Below, one piece after another: positions 45,183 through 55,494 of a stretch of DNA of 64,000 nt. This DNA is from an uncultured Phycisphaerales bacterium (GTDB lineage Bacteria > Planctomycetota > Phycisphaerae > Sedimentisphaerales > Anaerobacaceae). Below the pieces are notes generated by a model that was not told where the DNA came from, searched no databases, and saw only the letters and a program-made list of their open reading frames with translations. The number at the start of each line of letters is the position of its first letter. Position 1 is the first letter of the stretch. The stretch covers positions 448,001-512,000 of the forward strand of contig CAVYYI010000001.1 of assembly GCA_963772725.1 (NCBI GenBank). Reading direction: 5' to 3'. The translations under genes were made by a program, and so were the position numbers.

Positions 45183-46504
45183 TTAGTCCCGATACCTCTT
45201 GATAATTACCACATTATTTTGTCCGCCGAAACCGAACGATTCCTTCATCACGACATCGAGCTGGGTTTTTCTCGGTTTGTTCGGCACATAGTCAAGGTCG
45301 AGTTCCGGGTCTGGGTCATTGAGATTCATCGTTGGCGGAATGGTATTTTCACGAATCGCCAGAACACTCGAAATAAGTTCCGCCGCTCCCGTTGCCCCGA
45401 TCAAATGTCCCATCATGCTTTTAATGCTGCTTGCTGGCGTATTTTTGGCCTGTTCCTTGAATACCCCCTTTATCGCCTTTGTCTCAATCGAATCGTTTTC
45501 CGCTGTGCTTGTGCCGTGCGTATTGATATAGTCGACATCTTTATAGCTTATGCCCGCATCCTCAAGAGCGGCATTCATCGCCTGTAGCGCGCCGCGGCCG
45601 TCTTCGTGCATATCGGTAACTCTGAACGCGTCCGAGCTGCTGCCATAGCCGATAACTTCCGCAAGAATTTTAACGCCTCTTTTTTTCGCCGACTTAGCGA
45701 TTCGAGAACCAATACCGCCGCGCCTTCGCCGATGACAAAACCATCTCTGCTTGCGGTAAAAGGTCGCGACGCCGTTTGAGGGCTGTCATTTCTTGTCGAA
45801 AGGGCGGTAAGTCGATTAAAGCCGGTAATTCCCAGTGGATGAATCATCGAATGAGCCCCGCCGGAAATCATCACATCGGCATCGCCGCTTCGGATCATCA
45901 TCATCGCTTCGCCAATCGCCTGCGTACTTGCCGCACACGCCGTCAGACAATTTCGCGTCGGACCACGCGCCCCCGTCAGCATCGTTATATGGGCAGGCGT
46001 CATCGCCGGTTCCTGCTCTATCTCGAACATCGGCGTCATCCTGCCAAAAAGTACCTCCGCCAGTTTGCCCCAGTTCATCGTATTATCAGCGGGACTCCAG
46101 CCGTTAATTATCGAATCGAAAAATATCCCGTCATCGACAGGCCCTTCCCCCGCGCCGAGATAAACACCCATTCTTGTGCGGTCTATTCCGTCTTTGGGTG
46201 CTTGCGTCTCAATATCAATCTTCGCCTGTTTGCATGCCTGCACCGCTGCCCCGACCGCAAACGCTGCCCCGCGATTGCAATATTTATGCAAATGAGGATT
46301 CTTCGTATATTTCGTCAGGTCGTAATTCTTCACCTCCGCACAGAATTTCGAAGGGAATGTTGACGCGTCGAAAACAGTCGTTTCCGCCATTCCGCTTTTG
46401 CCCGTCATCAATGCCTGCCAAAAATCCTCAACATCATGTGCCAGCGGACATATTATTCCCACCCCTGTAATTACAACTCTATTTTTTTCCTGAATCATAT
46501 TCAT
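45183..46504 (-). CDS. fabF: Beta-ketoacyl-ACP synthase (FabF-like, catalytically intact); frameshift near 45685
   Basis: TACAAST (Cys), NTHGTST and KSMMGHL (His-His), SFGFGGQN. Confidence 0.9.
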
Positions 46505-47811
46505 TCGATATTCTTTAACACTAACGCCGCTGTCTGGCCGCAATAACTATACCCACAGCATAACGCGTAACGTATTTTTTTCTTCAAAGGCTCTTTCACG
46601 ATATTGAGGTTACAGCCTTCGGCAGGGCGGCTGAAATTTTTCGCCGCAGGTACAAATCCCTCTTTCATCGCATAAGCCGCTGCGATAAAATCAATCGCGC
46701 CGCTCGCCGCACCCGTATTGCTCACCATACTTTTAATAGGCCAGACCGGAATTTTTCTCGCGGCTTGCCCAAGTGCAGCTTCAATTGCCCTTGCCTCCGC
46801 GATATCGTCTCCCGCAACCGCCGTCCCATGCGGAATAATCAAATCCAGCTCTTCCGCCCGAATCACAGCATCCGCCATCGCCTTCTCGATCGCTATCCGG
46901 ATACCTTTGCCGTCCGCTTCCATCTTCTCGTAAGCAGCATTAATATTATTACTCTGTCCTATGCCGACTACCTCTGCGTAAATTTTTGCTCCGCGTTTTT
47001 GAGCATTATCAAGACTTTCAAGAACGACAATTCCCGCACCCTCACCGAAAACCCCGCCTTTGGCCTCTGCATCAAATGGCCGACACGCACTTTCAGCATT
47101 ATCCTCAATTAGGGTCATTCTTTTTAACAAGTACTGCCGAATCATTATTATCGGATTGACCTTCGCCTCAGCCCCGCCCGCCAAAGCGACATCCGCATTC
47201 CCTCTCGCGATAATCTGCACCGCTTCACCAATTGCCAAATGCGCCGACGTCTCCGCGCACGTAATAGTATTGCTCGGCCCCTGAATATCATGAATAATCC
47301 CGATATGGCACGCCAGCATGTTCGGCAGATATTTCAGCATCCACAAGGGGGTTATCTGCTCTATACCTTCAACTCCCCATTTAAGTATATCAAATTTCCC
47401 ATCCACCGTACTTTTCGCCACAGCAGGGGATATCTCAATCAAATCGCAGCTTATCAAACTCGCTCCGATATTTATCGCCATCCTCGTAGGCTCAACATTG
47501 ACTTTTTCCGGGTCGATTGCCTTTGTCACAAGCCCGCTGTTTAATACCGCGTCATTCGCCGCAATTATCGATAGTTCGATATCACGCGACATCAGCTTGG
47601 CCGATTTACGCAGCGATTTGGGAATATGGTCCTGAATTCTATACGCAGGCACTTCGCCTGCCAGTTTAAACGCAAAACCTGATGGGTCAAACGCCTTAAT
47701 TCTCCCGATTCCGCACCTGCCCGCGCAAAGACCGCTCCATAACTCGGCGGCACTTAGCCCAAGCGACGTCACCGCACCAAGACCCGTTACTACCACTCGC
47801 CTTGAACTCAT
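46501..47811 (-). CDS. FabF-like pseudo-ketosynthase (chain-length-factor-like)
   Basis: KS fold, but TCAETS (Glu at the catalytic Cys position) and KSMVSNTG (second His replaced by Asn). Confidence 0.8.
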   Translation of the reverse strand: MSSRRVVVTGLGAVTSLGLSAAELWSGLCAGRCGIGRIKAFDPSGFAFKLAGEVPAYRIQDHIPKSLRKSAKLMSRDIELSIIAANDAVLNSGLVTKAIDPEKVNVEPTRMAINIGASLISCDLIEISPAVAKSTVDGKFDILKWGVEGIEQITPLWMLKYLPNMLACHIGIIHDIQGPSNTITCAETSAHLAIGEAVQIIARGNADVALAGGAEAKVNPIIMIRQYLLKRMTLIEDNAESACRPFDAEAKGGVFGEGAGIVVLESLDNAQKRGAKIYAEVVGIGQSNNINAAYEKMEADGKGIRIAIEKAMADAVIRAEELDLIIPHGTAVAGDDIAEARAIEAALGQAARKIPVWPIKSMVSNTGAASGAIDFIAAAYAMKEGFVPAAKNFSRPAEGCNLNIVKEPLKKKIRYALCCGYSYCGQTAALVLKNIE

Positions 47812-48287
47812 CTGCTTTGCTCCGAAGCTGTCACCCCCTGCAAAAGCGACTTGAATGTATCAGTAAACACAAAATTTTCCTCCGGAAATTCCTTGCCCGC
47901 GAGGTTCTGGTCTATATGGCTGAACATTAAATCTATCTCGGCGATGGTTTTATCTTCACGCGTAATCTTCCCCATAGTGCTCGCGGCCTCGTCAGTTATC
48001 GACTCGATTTTCGCCTCCAGCTTTATCGTGTCGCCCGGCTTTACAAAATCAAAGAATACAGCCTTTTTGATTTTCGCCAGGATTACCTTTTCCTCGAACT
48101 TTTTCGCTTCGCCCACGAGTATCCCCGCTGTCTGCGCCATCGCCTCAATCATCAGACATTCCGGCATAACCGGAAAGCCCGGAAAATGGTCGTGCAGATG
48201 CTCCTCAGCCAGCGTAACGTTCTTCAACGCCACCGCACGCTGCCCGCTTTGGAACTCAATAAACTTATCTATCCATATCCAACGCAT
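47808..48287 (-). CDS. FabZ-like 3-hydroxyacyl-ACP dehydratase
   Basis: KNVTLAE..HDHFPGFPVMPECLMIEAMAQ, VKPGD. Confidence 0.9.
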   Translation of the reverse strand: MRWIWIDKFIEFQSGQRAVALKNVTLAEEHLHDHFPGFPVMPECLMIEAMAQTAGILVGEAKKFEEKVILAKIKKAVFFDFVKPGDTIKLEAKIESITDEAASTMGKITREDKTIAEIDLMFSHIDQNLAGKEFPEENFVFTDTFKSLLQGVTASEQSR

Positions 48288-48324
48288 TTACTGTCCCTGT
48301 ACGCTACCCGCCGCACGTTATACG

Positions 48325-48714
48325 CTATTTCACCTTCTGCTCTACGAAATTCACTATGGAATTTACCGTGAACAGGTTGCCCAGCTTGTTAATGTCAGGG
48401 TCTTTTTCAAATGAACTCATGTCCGTATGAGCCATCTTGCTTTTCAGTTCAGCCAGTCCCTTCGCTGTCAGTTTGCCATTGCTGACAAATTCCGGATTGG
48501 TCAGCATTGCCTCGATGGGGAACAGCTCTTCACGCGATATTTTTATCGCGAACGACTTTTCCAGCCGAAAAACTATATCCAGAAAATCAATGCTCTCAGC
48601 CCCTAAATCTCCCATCAGGGTCGCATCTGCCTTGATTTCATCGTCATCGACGCCCAATGCATCAACCAGCACCGCCTGAACTTTTTGAAAAATCTCATCC
48701 CGACTAATTGCCAT
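48325..48714 (-). CDS. Long (129 aa) acyl carrier protein
   Basis: DLGAESIDFLDIVFRLEK phosphopantetheine site; ~45-aa insert after ELFP. Confidence 0.92.
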   Translation of the reverse strand: MAISRDEIFQKVQAVLVDALGVDDDEIKADATLMGDLGAESIDFLDIVFRLEKSFAIKISREELFPIEAMLTNPEFVSNGKLTAKGLAELKSKMAHTDMSSFEKDPDINKLGNLFTVNSIVNFVEQKVK

Positions 48715-48801
48715 TGTTTTTGTCTCCAGTATTTCTAATCCGTTAGTTTTTTACCTAATTCTTATTCTGTTTACTGTATTCTGTGTTCTGTATTCTTTCT
48801 T

Positions 48802-49284
48802 TTAATACTTTTTCAGCAGCTTCCATCGCAGCCGCATATTTTCAATTACCTGTCCATCGACCGCCGCCATTGCCGGATTCTTCTCCGCGAGATTAAAATG
48901 TCTCAGGACGATTCTCGCTTCCACTATCGGCTGGCCGCCTGATATGCCAATACCCGTAAAGCTGCTTACGCTTTCTTCGATGGTTTTGGCCTGAACAGTA
49001 TATTCTATTTGCATCCCGGGTGCCAAAAAACTTTTATATTTTACGTTTTTCGCCTCTTCGAGCAATACCATACTATGAATAATGCCGCCTCGCTGATGCT
49101 CGGTTTCACGAACCAGCCACGAGGCCGATTCGATTATCCCCTGCAGCAGCAATACTCCCGGCAGCACCGGAAACGCAGGGAAATGGTCCGCTAAGTATTC
49201 CTCCGCCAGAGAAACACTTTTCACAGACTTTATCTCTTTGCCTGCTTCGAGCGAAACAACTTTATCTATCAATATAAATCTCAT
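48802..49284 (-). CDS. FabZ-like hotdog protein with altered catalytic acid
   Basis: MRFILIDKV, ADHFPAFPVLPGVLLLQG (Gln where FabZ has Glu). Confidence 0.85.
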   Translation of the reverse strand: MRFILIDKVVSLEAGKEIKSVKSVSLAEEYLADHFPAFPVLPGVLLLQGIIESASWLVRETEHQRGGIIHSMVLLEEAKNVKYKSFLAPGMQIEYTVQAKTIEESVSSFTGIGISGGQPIVEARIVLRHFNLAEKNPAMAAVDGQVIENMRLRWKLLKKY

Positions 49285-49540
49285 ATAGGCCGTTTGCTAT
49301 TAACTAAAACTGTAAAAATGGTTAACGACTCGGGTTAATGTCACAAAAATAGGCGCAATTGTCAAGAAAAAATAGTTGTTGTTAGCCAGGCGTAATGGTG
49401 GTATAATGATTTCAAATATAATTAACTGGAATGGTTTGTCAAAGCTGCAGGTTACAGCAAAACCAAAAGGCGGTAAAAGCCGCTTTAATACTTGCCTGTA
49501 TTATCATTTCTCTTAATCATAAAATTTTAGAGAGCCAATT

Positions 49541-50635
49541 ATGCAATCGTATAGTATGCCTGTCCTCAGAATAGGGAATTTGGAAATCAATCCGCCGATA
49601 ATACAGGGCGGGATGGGCGTAAGAGTCTCCGGAGCCAATCTCGCGGCAGCGGCGGCAAATGCCGGCTGCGCGGGTGTTATCGCCAGCGCCGGCCTGGGTG
49701 AGTTTGAAAATTCGCCAGGCTGTGAGTTTGAGAGGTTGAATAAAGAAGCGTTAAGAAGTGAAATCAGAAAAGCAAAAAGTCTGACGACCGGAATAATCGG
49801 TGTGAACATAATGGGCGCACTTACGGATTATGATAATCTCGTGAAAGTCGCGGTAGATGAAAATGTTGACTTGATAATATCCGGCGCGGGACTGCCGCTG
49901 ACATTGCCGAAATTTCTGAACGGTAAGGACATTAAATTAATTCCAGTTGTTTCGTCGGCCAGGACTTTTAAAATTATCTGTAAAAGATGGAAGAGTCACT
50001 TTAATAAACTGCCTGACGCGGTAATCGTCGAAGGGGTGATGGCAGGCGGCCATTTGGGCTACTCTTATGAGGACGCGGCGGATAATACGGCGCCCAAGCT
50101 TGAGGAAATAATCAGAGAAGTGCTTGAAATAGCTAATTCTTTTGAGCCGCATATACCTGTTATCGCCGCCGGTGGAATTTTTGACGGAAAAGATATCGCG
50201 TATTTTCTCAAATTGGGGGCAAACGGTGTGCAAATGGCGACCCGGTTTGTCTGTACGGATGAATGCGACGCTCATATCAACTTCAAGCAGGCGTATTTGA
50301 ACGCCGGCGCCGAGGATATAACCATCATAAAAAGCCCGGTGGGTCTGCCGGGAAGGGTAATAAACAGCAGCTTTGTGGAAAAAATCAAAGCGGGCAAAAC
50401 AATGCCGTTCAAGTGTAATTATAAATGCCTGAGGACTTGTGAGCCTAAGAAAGCGCCCTACTGCATAGCCAAGGTTCTTGCGATGGCGGCACAGGGAAAA
50501 TTAGAGGAATCATTCGCGTTTGCCGGTTCGAACGCTTATCGGTGCAATGAAATTGTGCCGGTAAAAGCGCTTGTTAAAAAGCTGGTCAGTGAATTGATGG
50601 CGGCACTTGCCGCTGAAGAGGTATGCCGCATATAA
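49541..50635 (+). CDS. Nitronate monooxygenase/FabK-like flavoprotein
   Basis: PIIQGGMGVRVS, ISGAGLP, EGVMAGGHLG, IAAGGI, GVQMATRF. Confidence 0.9.
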   Translation: MQSYSMPVLRIGNLEINPPIIQGGMGVRVSGANLAAAAANAGCAGVIASAGLGEFENSPGCEFERLNKEALRSEIRKAKSLTTGIIGVNIMGALTDYDNLVKVAVDENVDLIISGAGLPLTLPKFLNGKDIKLIPVVSSARTFKIICKRWKSHFNKLPDAVIVEGVMAGGHLGYSYEDAADNTAPKLEEIIREVLEIANSFEPHIPVIAAGGIFDGKDIAYFLKLGANGVQMATRFVCTDECDAHINFKQAYLNAGAEDITIIKSPVGLPGRVINSSFVEKIKAGKTMPFKCNYKCLRTCEPKKAPYCIAKVLAMAAQGKLEESFAFAGSNAYRCNEIVPVKALVKKLVSELMAALAAEEVCRI

Positions 50636-50673
50636 GGAATCAATTGCCATTTCCAATAAAATATGTTAACATT

Positions 50674-50722
50674 TGTCATTCCTGCGAAACTTGTCCTCGT
50701 GAAAACGGGGAGCAGGAATCCA
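50674..50722. repeat. REP-like palindrome carrying a 22-bp insert
   Basis: tgtcattcctgcgaaa[cttgtcctcgtgaaaacgggga]gcaggaatcca vs the uninterrupted tgtcattcccgcgaaagcgggaatcca at 52399-52425. Confidence 0.75.
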
Positions 50723-50781
50723 CGCTTTAAATCTGGATATCGTATTTGAACCAGTTTTAGTATTTTTTTAAGGATTATATA

Positions 50782-52035
50782 ATGCCATTTAAGGTATTCG
50801 GTCTTTCAGACCCGCTGGTGCGGGGAATTCTCGCGGCGGGCTATACGGCTCCAACGGAAATACAATCGGAGGTTATTCCCGCGGCGATTGAAGGTCAAGA
50901 TATTATCGGCTGCGCCCAGACGGGGACAGGTAAAACAGCGGCGTTTGTGCTTCCCATTTTGAACCGGCTCGGTCACGAGAGGGCGACGAAGAAAAGGGTA
51001 ATCAAATCGCTAATCATAACCCCGACGCGCGAGCTGGCAGTTCAAATCGACAATTCGATACACGGTTACGGCCGATACCTGAATTTGCGCACCCTGGCGA
51101 TTTACGGAGGTGTAAGCATGAAAGCCCAGTTAAACGCGCTTCACGATGGCATTGACATTGTTGTCGCGACACCGGGACGACTTATGGACCACATGCAGCG
51201 ACGTTCGGTTGACCTCAGGAATGTCGAAGTGCTGGTGCTCGATGAGGCTGACCGGATGCTGGATATGGGCTTTATTAACGACGTGAGAAAAATTATCGGG
51301 GTTCTGCCTAAGAACCGGCAAACTATGCTTTTTTCGGCGACAATATCTCCTGAGGTGAAAAACCTGGCGGGCGGGATAATGAAATCCGCGAAAATTATAC
51401 AAATCGGACAGCAGCAAAACCCTATCGATACTATTACGCAGCATATATACCCTGTTCAGAAGGAACAGAAAATGGACCTTCTGCTGCACATGCTCAAGGA
51501 CGGCGGGATGTACAGCGTACTGGTATTTTCGCGCACCAAGCACGGTGCGGATAAGATTAGCCAGCGTCTTGACAGGGCGGGAGTCCTGGCGGTATCGATA
51601 CATTCCGGGCGAACCCAGGGTCAGAGGCAGCGCGCGATGGAGGGCTTTAAGGCAGGGAAATACCAGGTGATGGTAGCGACGGATATCGCGGCGCGAGGCA
51701 TAGATGTCAAGGGTATTTCGCATGTCATTAATTTCGATGTGCCGGCCTACGCGGAAGATTATATTCATCGTATTGGGCGTACCGGCCGTGCCGAAGCCAG
51801 GGGCGACGCGATTACGTTTGTTTCGCGCAATGAGAATAAGCACCTTCGCAATATTGAAAGATTTATAGGCTGTAAATTTAAACCTGAAAGCTTTAAAGAT
51901 TTTACCTATTCTAAGCCAGACCAGGCTCAGGAGGATTTAATGAAGTACAAAATTAAAGCTTCACAGCCGGGCCAAAGCCAGAGAAAGAGCCATAGATTCG
52001 GCAGAAACAAAAGCCGCTGGGCCAGAGGCAGATAA
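50782..52035 (+). CDS. DEAD-box RNA helicase (RhlE-like)
   Basis: AQTGTGKT, PTRELA, DEAD, SAT, ARGID, HRIGRTGRA. Confidence 0.96.
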   Translation: MPFKVFGLSDPLVRGILAAGYTAPTEIQSEVIPAAIEGQDIIGCAQTGTGKTAAFVLPILNRLGHERATKKRVIKSLIITPTRELAVQIDNSIHGYGRYLNLRTLAIYGGVSMKAQLNALHDGIDIVVATPGRLMDHMQRRSVDLRNVEVLVLDEADRMLDMGFINDVRKIIGVLPKNRQTMLFSATISPEVKNLAGGIMKSAKIIQIGQQQNPIDTITQHIYPVQKEQKMDLLLHMLKDGGMYSVLVFSRTKHGADKISQRLDRAGVLAVSIHSGRTQGQRQRAMEGFKAGKYQVMVATDIAARGIDVKGISHVINFDVPAYAEDYIHRIGRTGRAEARGDAITFVSRNENKHLRNIERFIGCKFKPESFKDFTYSKPDQAQEDLMKYKIKASQPGQSQRKSHRFGRNKSRWARGR

Positions 52036-52046
52036 TTTACCCGCAT

Positions 52047-52655
52047 TCCCACCTCTCCACTTGGGAGAGGGCAGGGTGAGGGGCATGATTAAGCATGCTG
52101 GGATATGGTAGATGGTTCAGGGGATAGATGCCGCAATACGCAATACTCACGACGCACGACGATTTCCCCCCGCAATCCAAAATCAGAAATCTAAAATGGA
52201 AATGACGTAATACGCTTCACGAGATACGCACGACGAATTTGCCCGCAAGGTACAAAACTATTTTTAATCACCGATTCCACGGATTTGACTAATTTAATCA
52301 AAAATCTAAAATCCAAAACTTGTGGTGAGCATGTCGAACCATCCAAAATTATTACCCCCTCTACGCTGTACGCCGTCCGCTCCATGCTATTTCCCATTTG
52401 TCATTCCCGCGAAAGCGGGAATCCACCTTTTTTCTACTATCTACTGTATTCTGTCTTCTGTATTCTTTTTACAACTCAAAACTAATAATCCCCTCACCTG
52501 CTCTCCTGCTCAACTTTCTACCATGCCCCCCATTCGATACCCCTTCTATGATTCATTATTCATTTTCTTTGCCCCCCCCAATCAAAAACCTGTGGTTAAC
52601 TTGTCGAATCCATCGCAAATCTAAAATTGGTATGGCCGCGAAAAGGCACACAAAA
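52047..52655. repeat. Mosaic of many short repeat families
   Basis: ctctccacttgggagag hairpin; 7-mer arrays (cgcaata, cacgacg, aatccaa, tacgctg, tattctg); REP-like palindrome; two ~23-bp inserts; no credible ORF. Confidence 0.75.
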
Positions 52656-52772
52656 AGATCTTGTACTAATCGCGCGAATTTATATAATCTGCAAATATAA
52701 ATCGGGTATTGAACAAACAACGGGAATTTTTTATAACGCTAACACTTTCTGAAGACTATTAGAGGTTAATAA

Positions 52773-53054
52773 ATGAATAAAAAACAAATATTTGTGCTGT
52801 GGGTCTTAATTATTACAATAGCAATATTAATAGGGTTAAAAACAACAACCGTATATGAAATAACCGAGATATATAAACCGAATGGACCAGAGAATGGACA
52901 TACTGCCTTAATGCTTTATGGCATGTTAGTCCTAATGTCTGAAAATGCTGGGAAATTATATCCTTTACTGAATTTAGGAGACTATAAATATAATCTAATT
53001 GTCGTTACTGTAATGATTGGATTAGCTTTGCTTTACACTATAAAATCAAAATGA
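52773..53054 (+). CDS. Small hypothetical membrane protein (AT-rich)
   Basis: gagg RBS; hydrophobic N- and C-terminal segments. Confidence 0.6.
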   Translation: MNKKQIFVLWVLIITIAILIGLKTTTVYEITEIYKPNGPENGHTALMLYGMLVLMSENAGKLYPLLNLGDYKYNLIVVTVMIGLALLYTIKSK

Positions 53055-53082
53055 AAACAAGAAATAAGGAAACCATGAACCC

Positions 53083-54012
53083 CTACCCATTGTCAAGACC
53101 AATTTTGTCCTTGTATTTGGTGTAAGTTGTGCCGATTTTCTCTGTGCCAGCCGATTCGCGTAGCGCAGCTCCAAAGCAAGCACAGCGAAGCGAATCGGCG
53201 GTCAGCTCCTTAAAATATACTTCCGCAGGTGTCTTATAATCCAAGCTTTTGTGCGGCCTGTCATTGTTGTAATAATCAAAATACCGCCTCAGCGATTTTA
53301 TCAAATCATGCCCATCGCTGTATTCCTTCAAATAGACCTCCTCATATTTGACCGTCCGCCATAATCGCTCCGTCAGTATGTTATCGAAACAACGACCCTT
53401 ACCGCTCATACTGATTCGAATATCGCCAGCCTTCAACGTATCCAAAAACTTTGTGCTGGTGTATTGTTTGCCCTGATCCGAATGAAATATCAGCGGCCGG
53501 GATTTTGACAACGCCTCATCCAGTGCATCTATACAAAACAGAGACTCCAGACTGTTCGATACAGACCAGCTTAATACATATCTGCTGTAGTAATCCATTA
53601 TCGCCACAAGGTACATAAAGCCGCCTTTGAGCCGAATGTACGTAATATCCGAACACCAGACAGCATCGGTAACATCTATCGCCATAGTATTCAAAAGGCA
53701 GGGATATTTGATATAAACAGCAGCAGGACAGCTTGTGCGGGGCCTGGGATATAAGGCCATTAAACCCATTTTACGCATAAGCCTGCGAACCCGCTTGTGA
53801 TTGACAATAAGCTTGTGCTTCCTGTATAAAAACTCTGCCATCCTGTCGATACCTGTAAAAGGATGCTCGGTAAACTCCCTGTCAATAAAGTCCATTACTT
53901 TACGATTTTCCTGCTCAATAGACTCTGCATGGTAATACAGCCTGCTGCGATTGATATCAAGCAGACAGCACTGCCGGCGGATACTGATTTGTCTATTGTT
54001 CTGTTCTACCAT
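53083..54012 (-). CDS. IS3 transposase OrfB (DDE core)
   Basis: WCSDITY, FHSDQGKQYTS, DNILTERLWRTVKYE, RPHKSLDYKTP. Confidence 0.95.
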   Translation of the reverse strand: MVEQNNRQISIRRQCCLLDINRSRLYYHAESIEQENRKVMDFIDREFTEHPFTGIDRMAEFLYRKHKLIVNHKRVRRLMRKMGLMALYPRPRTSCPAAVYIKYPCLLNTMAIDVTDAVWCSDITYIRLKGGFMYLVAIMDYYSRYVLSWSVSNSLESLFCIDALDEALSKSRPLIFHSDQGKQYTSTKFLDTLKAGDIRISMSGKGRCFDNILTERLWRTVKYEEVYLKEYSDGHDLIKSLRRYFDYYNNDRPHKSLDYKTPAEVYFKELTADSLRCACFGAALRESAGTEKIGTTYTKYKDKIGLDNG

Positions 54013-54014
54013 TT

Positions 54015-54317
54015 CTACTCGTTGAGCAGTCCCAATTGACGCAACTTTTTTTTCAAAAAATCAATCTCGATAGCCTGCTGACCTATCTTCTGATGAAGCT
54101 TTTCCTCATCTACTGGCTGGCTCTGACGAACATCCTTGCCTCTGCCGTCTGCCATTGCCTCGGGCAGCTTCTCAAGGGCCAGCTTCTTCCACTGGCTGAC
54201 CTGGTTGGGATGAACCTCATACATAGAGGCTATCTCGTTGAGGGTCTTCTCACCCTTGATGGCTTCAATTGCAACTTTTGCCTTGAAATCTTTGCCAAAG
54301 TGTCTGTGTTGTGTCAT
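54015..54317 (-). CDS. IS3 OrfA (HTH) with A8G slippery site for -1 frameshift into OrfB
   Basis: FKAKVAIEA, YEVHPNQVSQWK; minus strand reads gaaaaaaaag at 54054-54045. Confidence 0.92.
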   Translation of the reverse strand: MTQHRHFGKDFKAKVAIEAIKGEKTLNEIASMYEVHPNQVSQWKKLALEKLPEAMADGRGKDVRQSQPVDEEKLHQKIGQQAIEIDFLKKKLRQLGLLNE

Positions 54318-54441
54318 AATTCGTACTTCCTTTCTCAATCCATAATCCGATAGAATTATACCACAACTTACACCTTATATACTGGTCCGATTTTGGGGGA
54401 GTATTATACCAATTTCTAATTCCGAGGGTACCACACTTATT

Positions 54442-55338
54442 TTATTCAGCCTCAAATAGAGGCGTATCATTCGAAGGAAGTTCCGTGCTTATTTCCCATC
54501 TTTTAAATCTTCCACTTGTTTGGCTCCTTATAATTCTTCCCCATACTTCTAAAGAATTGCCTTCGTAAAGAGCACGAGTGTAAATATTACGAGGTGAACT
54601 TATAACAGGGTCTATTATGTTCGCATACTCATGCCCCATTTGATGAGGGCCAGAAGGATTATCAAAAGTGATAAGAGCATTACCTGTTTCAGTGTTAATA
54701 CGAATGAATTTAACAAAGTGCTTTTCAAAACCTTTTGCATGAAGTGACGGATCAATATAATATCCGCTTTTCAAGGCAAGTTTATCTGTTCGGTCTAAAT
54801 GTATTTCCGTCTTTGTTATTTTGCTTTCAATCGCTATTTTATGGGCTGAATTATTTATTGGTTCCACAAGTTCATTAAGAGCAACGTCAATTGTATCTAT
54901 GAATTTAAAAGTTTCCACAGTATTTGTGATTGTAATATCCGATTCTTCAGCCAATTCCATTAGACTATTAAGAGCATCTTCTCTTGTCATAAATTTTTTC
55001 TTGGTATCAATCTGTCTATTTAACAACGATTTATGCCACTTCCAGAGTGCTTTAACAATGTCATATCCAATCGTTAAAGCAAGAGGAATAATAATATCTG
55101 TATAAACATCAAAAGTATTATGCTTAAATGCACGTATTTTTATTTTCGGTCGGTTATCCTCAGGTATAGGTTTTGTTGATAATTCTTTATTAATAAAAGC
55201 TGCCGTGCTGGTTTCCCAAAACATTAACCAACCATTAAGCGATCTTGTTAAATCGTGTATATCTATAAGGCCATTGTCTGTATCCAGGCCGCTGAATGAT
55301 ATTTTGACTTCATCTATTAAATCGTTTTTTGGGTTCAT
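54442..55338 (-). CDS. Hypothetical protein (AT-rich accessory gene)
   Basis: 298-aa intact ORF; N-terminal ISFSG.D.D.G.ID..DL..SL.G pattern, beta-rich C-terminus. Confidence 0.75.
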   Translation of the reverse strand: MNPKNDLIDEVKISFSGLDTDNGLIDIHDLTRSLNGWLMFWETSTAAFINKELSTKPIPEDNRPKIKIRAFKHNTFDVYTDIIIPLALTIGYDIVKALWKWHKSLLNRQIDTKKKFMTREDALNSLMELAEESDITITNTVETFKFIDTIDVALNELVEPINNSAHKIAIESKITKTEIHLDRTDKLALKSGYYIDPSLHAKGFEKHFVKFIRINTETGNALITFDNPSGPHQMGHEYANIIDPVISSPRNIYTRALYEGNSLEVWGRIIRSQTSGRFKRWEISTELPSNDTPLFEAE

Positions 55339-55494
55339 AGGCTATAATTCTCTCAGTTCTTTTTTTGTCTGCTACCCTTATCTTACTTTATCATTATTTC
55401 CTCGATAACTTTTAATTCCGCCATAAAATCTTTCAGGTCAAATTTTAACTGTCACATTAGGTAAAGTCATGCATACTTTCTTTATATTTTTTGA

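Larger units (their letters stand above)
53076..54408 (-). mobile_element. Complete IS3-family insertion sequence (1333 bp) with 3-bp target duplication CCA
   Basis: Imperfect 26-bp terminal IRs (tgaacccctacccattgtcaagacca / reverse complement tataatactcccccaaaatcggacca); subterminal ggtgtaagttgtg at both ends; cca at 53073-75 and 54409-11. Confidence 0.9.

Noticed and set aside
49420..49500. Riboswitch in the leader of the NMO/FabK gene
   Set aside because: Only short hairpins (aaggcggt/gccgcttt); no recognisable aptamer consensus
52047..52655. CRISPR array
   Set aside because: No constant repeat with unique regular spacers and no cas genes
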